Assembly (NCBI GenBank): GCA_025201805.1
Contig: MU619254.1
Coordinates: forward strand, 247,440 to 311,439
Direction: 5' to 3'
Length of the DNA stretch: 64,000 nucleotides
Origin: Parasitella parasitica NRRL 2501
Taxonomy: Eukaryota > Fungi > Mucoromycota
Positions within the stretch are counted from its first letter, which is position 1; each line of letters opens with the position of its first letter. The notes beneath the pieces are model-generated. The model made no database searches, was not told the origin of the DNA, and saw nothing but the letters and a program-made list of their open reading frames with translations. Shown here one piece after another: positions 62,901-64,000 of this stretch. A program made the position numbers and the translations under genes.

Positions 62901-64000
62901 AATAAATTTTGCTTTTAGATCGTCATGACCACATTTAGGATTTTTCATATGCTCATTGATTGAACAAGCAAAGTTTTTCAACAGTAGTGCTTTAAAAAAC
63001 AAATAGATCTAATAGAGATTTATTCTTGAAAAATTCCAAATGCTGTGGGCATAAATCTTGAATTCAAACCAAAAGCATCCCAATATATGCGTGCGCTATT
63101 GTATAGTCTATTAATGTCATATATATATTGAATGTTGAACACATTCACTTTCCAAATACGTATTGTAGCCGCATTTTAAAATTTTCTCTTCTTTACGTAA
63201 TGCAGTTTACTTGAAATAAGCGAACAGATCAATCGAGTTCAAAAGAGAAAGTAACGATATTGAATAGCCATTTCCAAAGGATTACGTATGGAAAAAGGAC
63301 CCAATGATGCTTAGGATTAATTTACTGCAAATGTTTTTTTTCTGGTAATCATCCAGTATCGGTGAGATGAGTTCAAGTATTTTATATTTGATGATTCCAT
63401 TCCACTGATCGAAACGGAAAGATTATGAAGCATAGTGGTTCCCAAACAGCTCAACGCAATCTAATATTTGATATATTGGAAGACTTTTTGATTTTGTTGC
63501 AAAATGCTGGGAAAATTAACACAGCTCCACTTGAAGATAACGAATTTACTATAAGAGGCATAAAAAACATCAGCTAGCCTTTGAAGTAGTTAACAGCGTA
63601 GATGAGTTTATCCTGCTATTGCATGAAACCCGTTCATTTCATGAAGATCCAGCCAGAAAAAAATAATCAAGTTTACCAACCCTCAATTATCGAGTATGTG
63701 TATATTCCATATCTTTTTTTTTTCTTGCTCAACTCGAAAAAGCCTTAAAATGTTGCCTTTAAAGGCGTAGATGCCTACTCGGTGGTCGTCCAGTCACGAC
63801 TAATCCAGTAGACCCCCTCCCACCTCTTAACTATATCTCCCCTACTTTTCCTTTCGTTTTTTTCTTTCCTTCCTTCTTATTTATATACTTTTTGGTTAAA
63901 ATATGTCACTTTTAAGAAAGATTTCAGCAAGAGCTGCTCGTTCATATCCTCGTACACTAGCGATCGCCGTAAGTTTATCGTCTTTGATTGCATTTGATGT

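Overview
This is AT-rich, intron-containing eukaryotic DNA with short GT-AG introns. The gene content (CotH, Kv-type K+ channel, Frizzled-like receptor) points to an early-diverging fungus, most likely Mucorales. About 21 protein genes can be reconstructed: a PD-(D/E)xK-like nuclease-fold gene, ACBP-domain protein, TRAPPC13, DUF4449/BPI-like protein, CotH, an unknown 5-exon gene, HAD_SAK, Kv channel, DNAJC3, YAK1-like kinase, quinone oxidoreductase, HSF-type TF, S8 subtilase, RPL24, RPS4, OSR1/SPAK-like kinase, COX17, a hypothetical protein, MRPL32, eIF2B-delta, PMT1 and a Frizzled/Smoothened-like 7TM receptor. The window also holds two tRNA-Val(AAC) genes, an internally deleted Helitron with both termini, a candidate intronic box C/D snoRNA and a diverged dispersed repeat. 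The most notable observations are: (1) a complete signal peptide + 10-Cys Frizzled CRD + 7TM receptor whose N-terminus is hidden in small exons; (2) an OSR1/SPAK-like kinase carrying five RFx[V/I/L] motifs in its own tail; (3) homologous upstream modules in front of both tRNA-Val genes, with a third tRNA-less copy; (4) a snoRNA in an RPS4 intron; (5) an apparently intact nuclease-fold gene with an acidic tail, head-to-head with the Helitron. Exon boundaries were read by eye and no database search was run.
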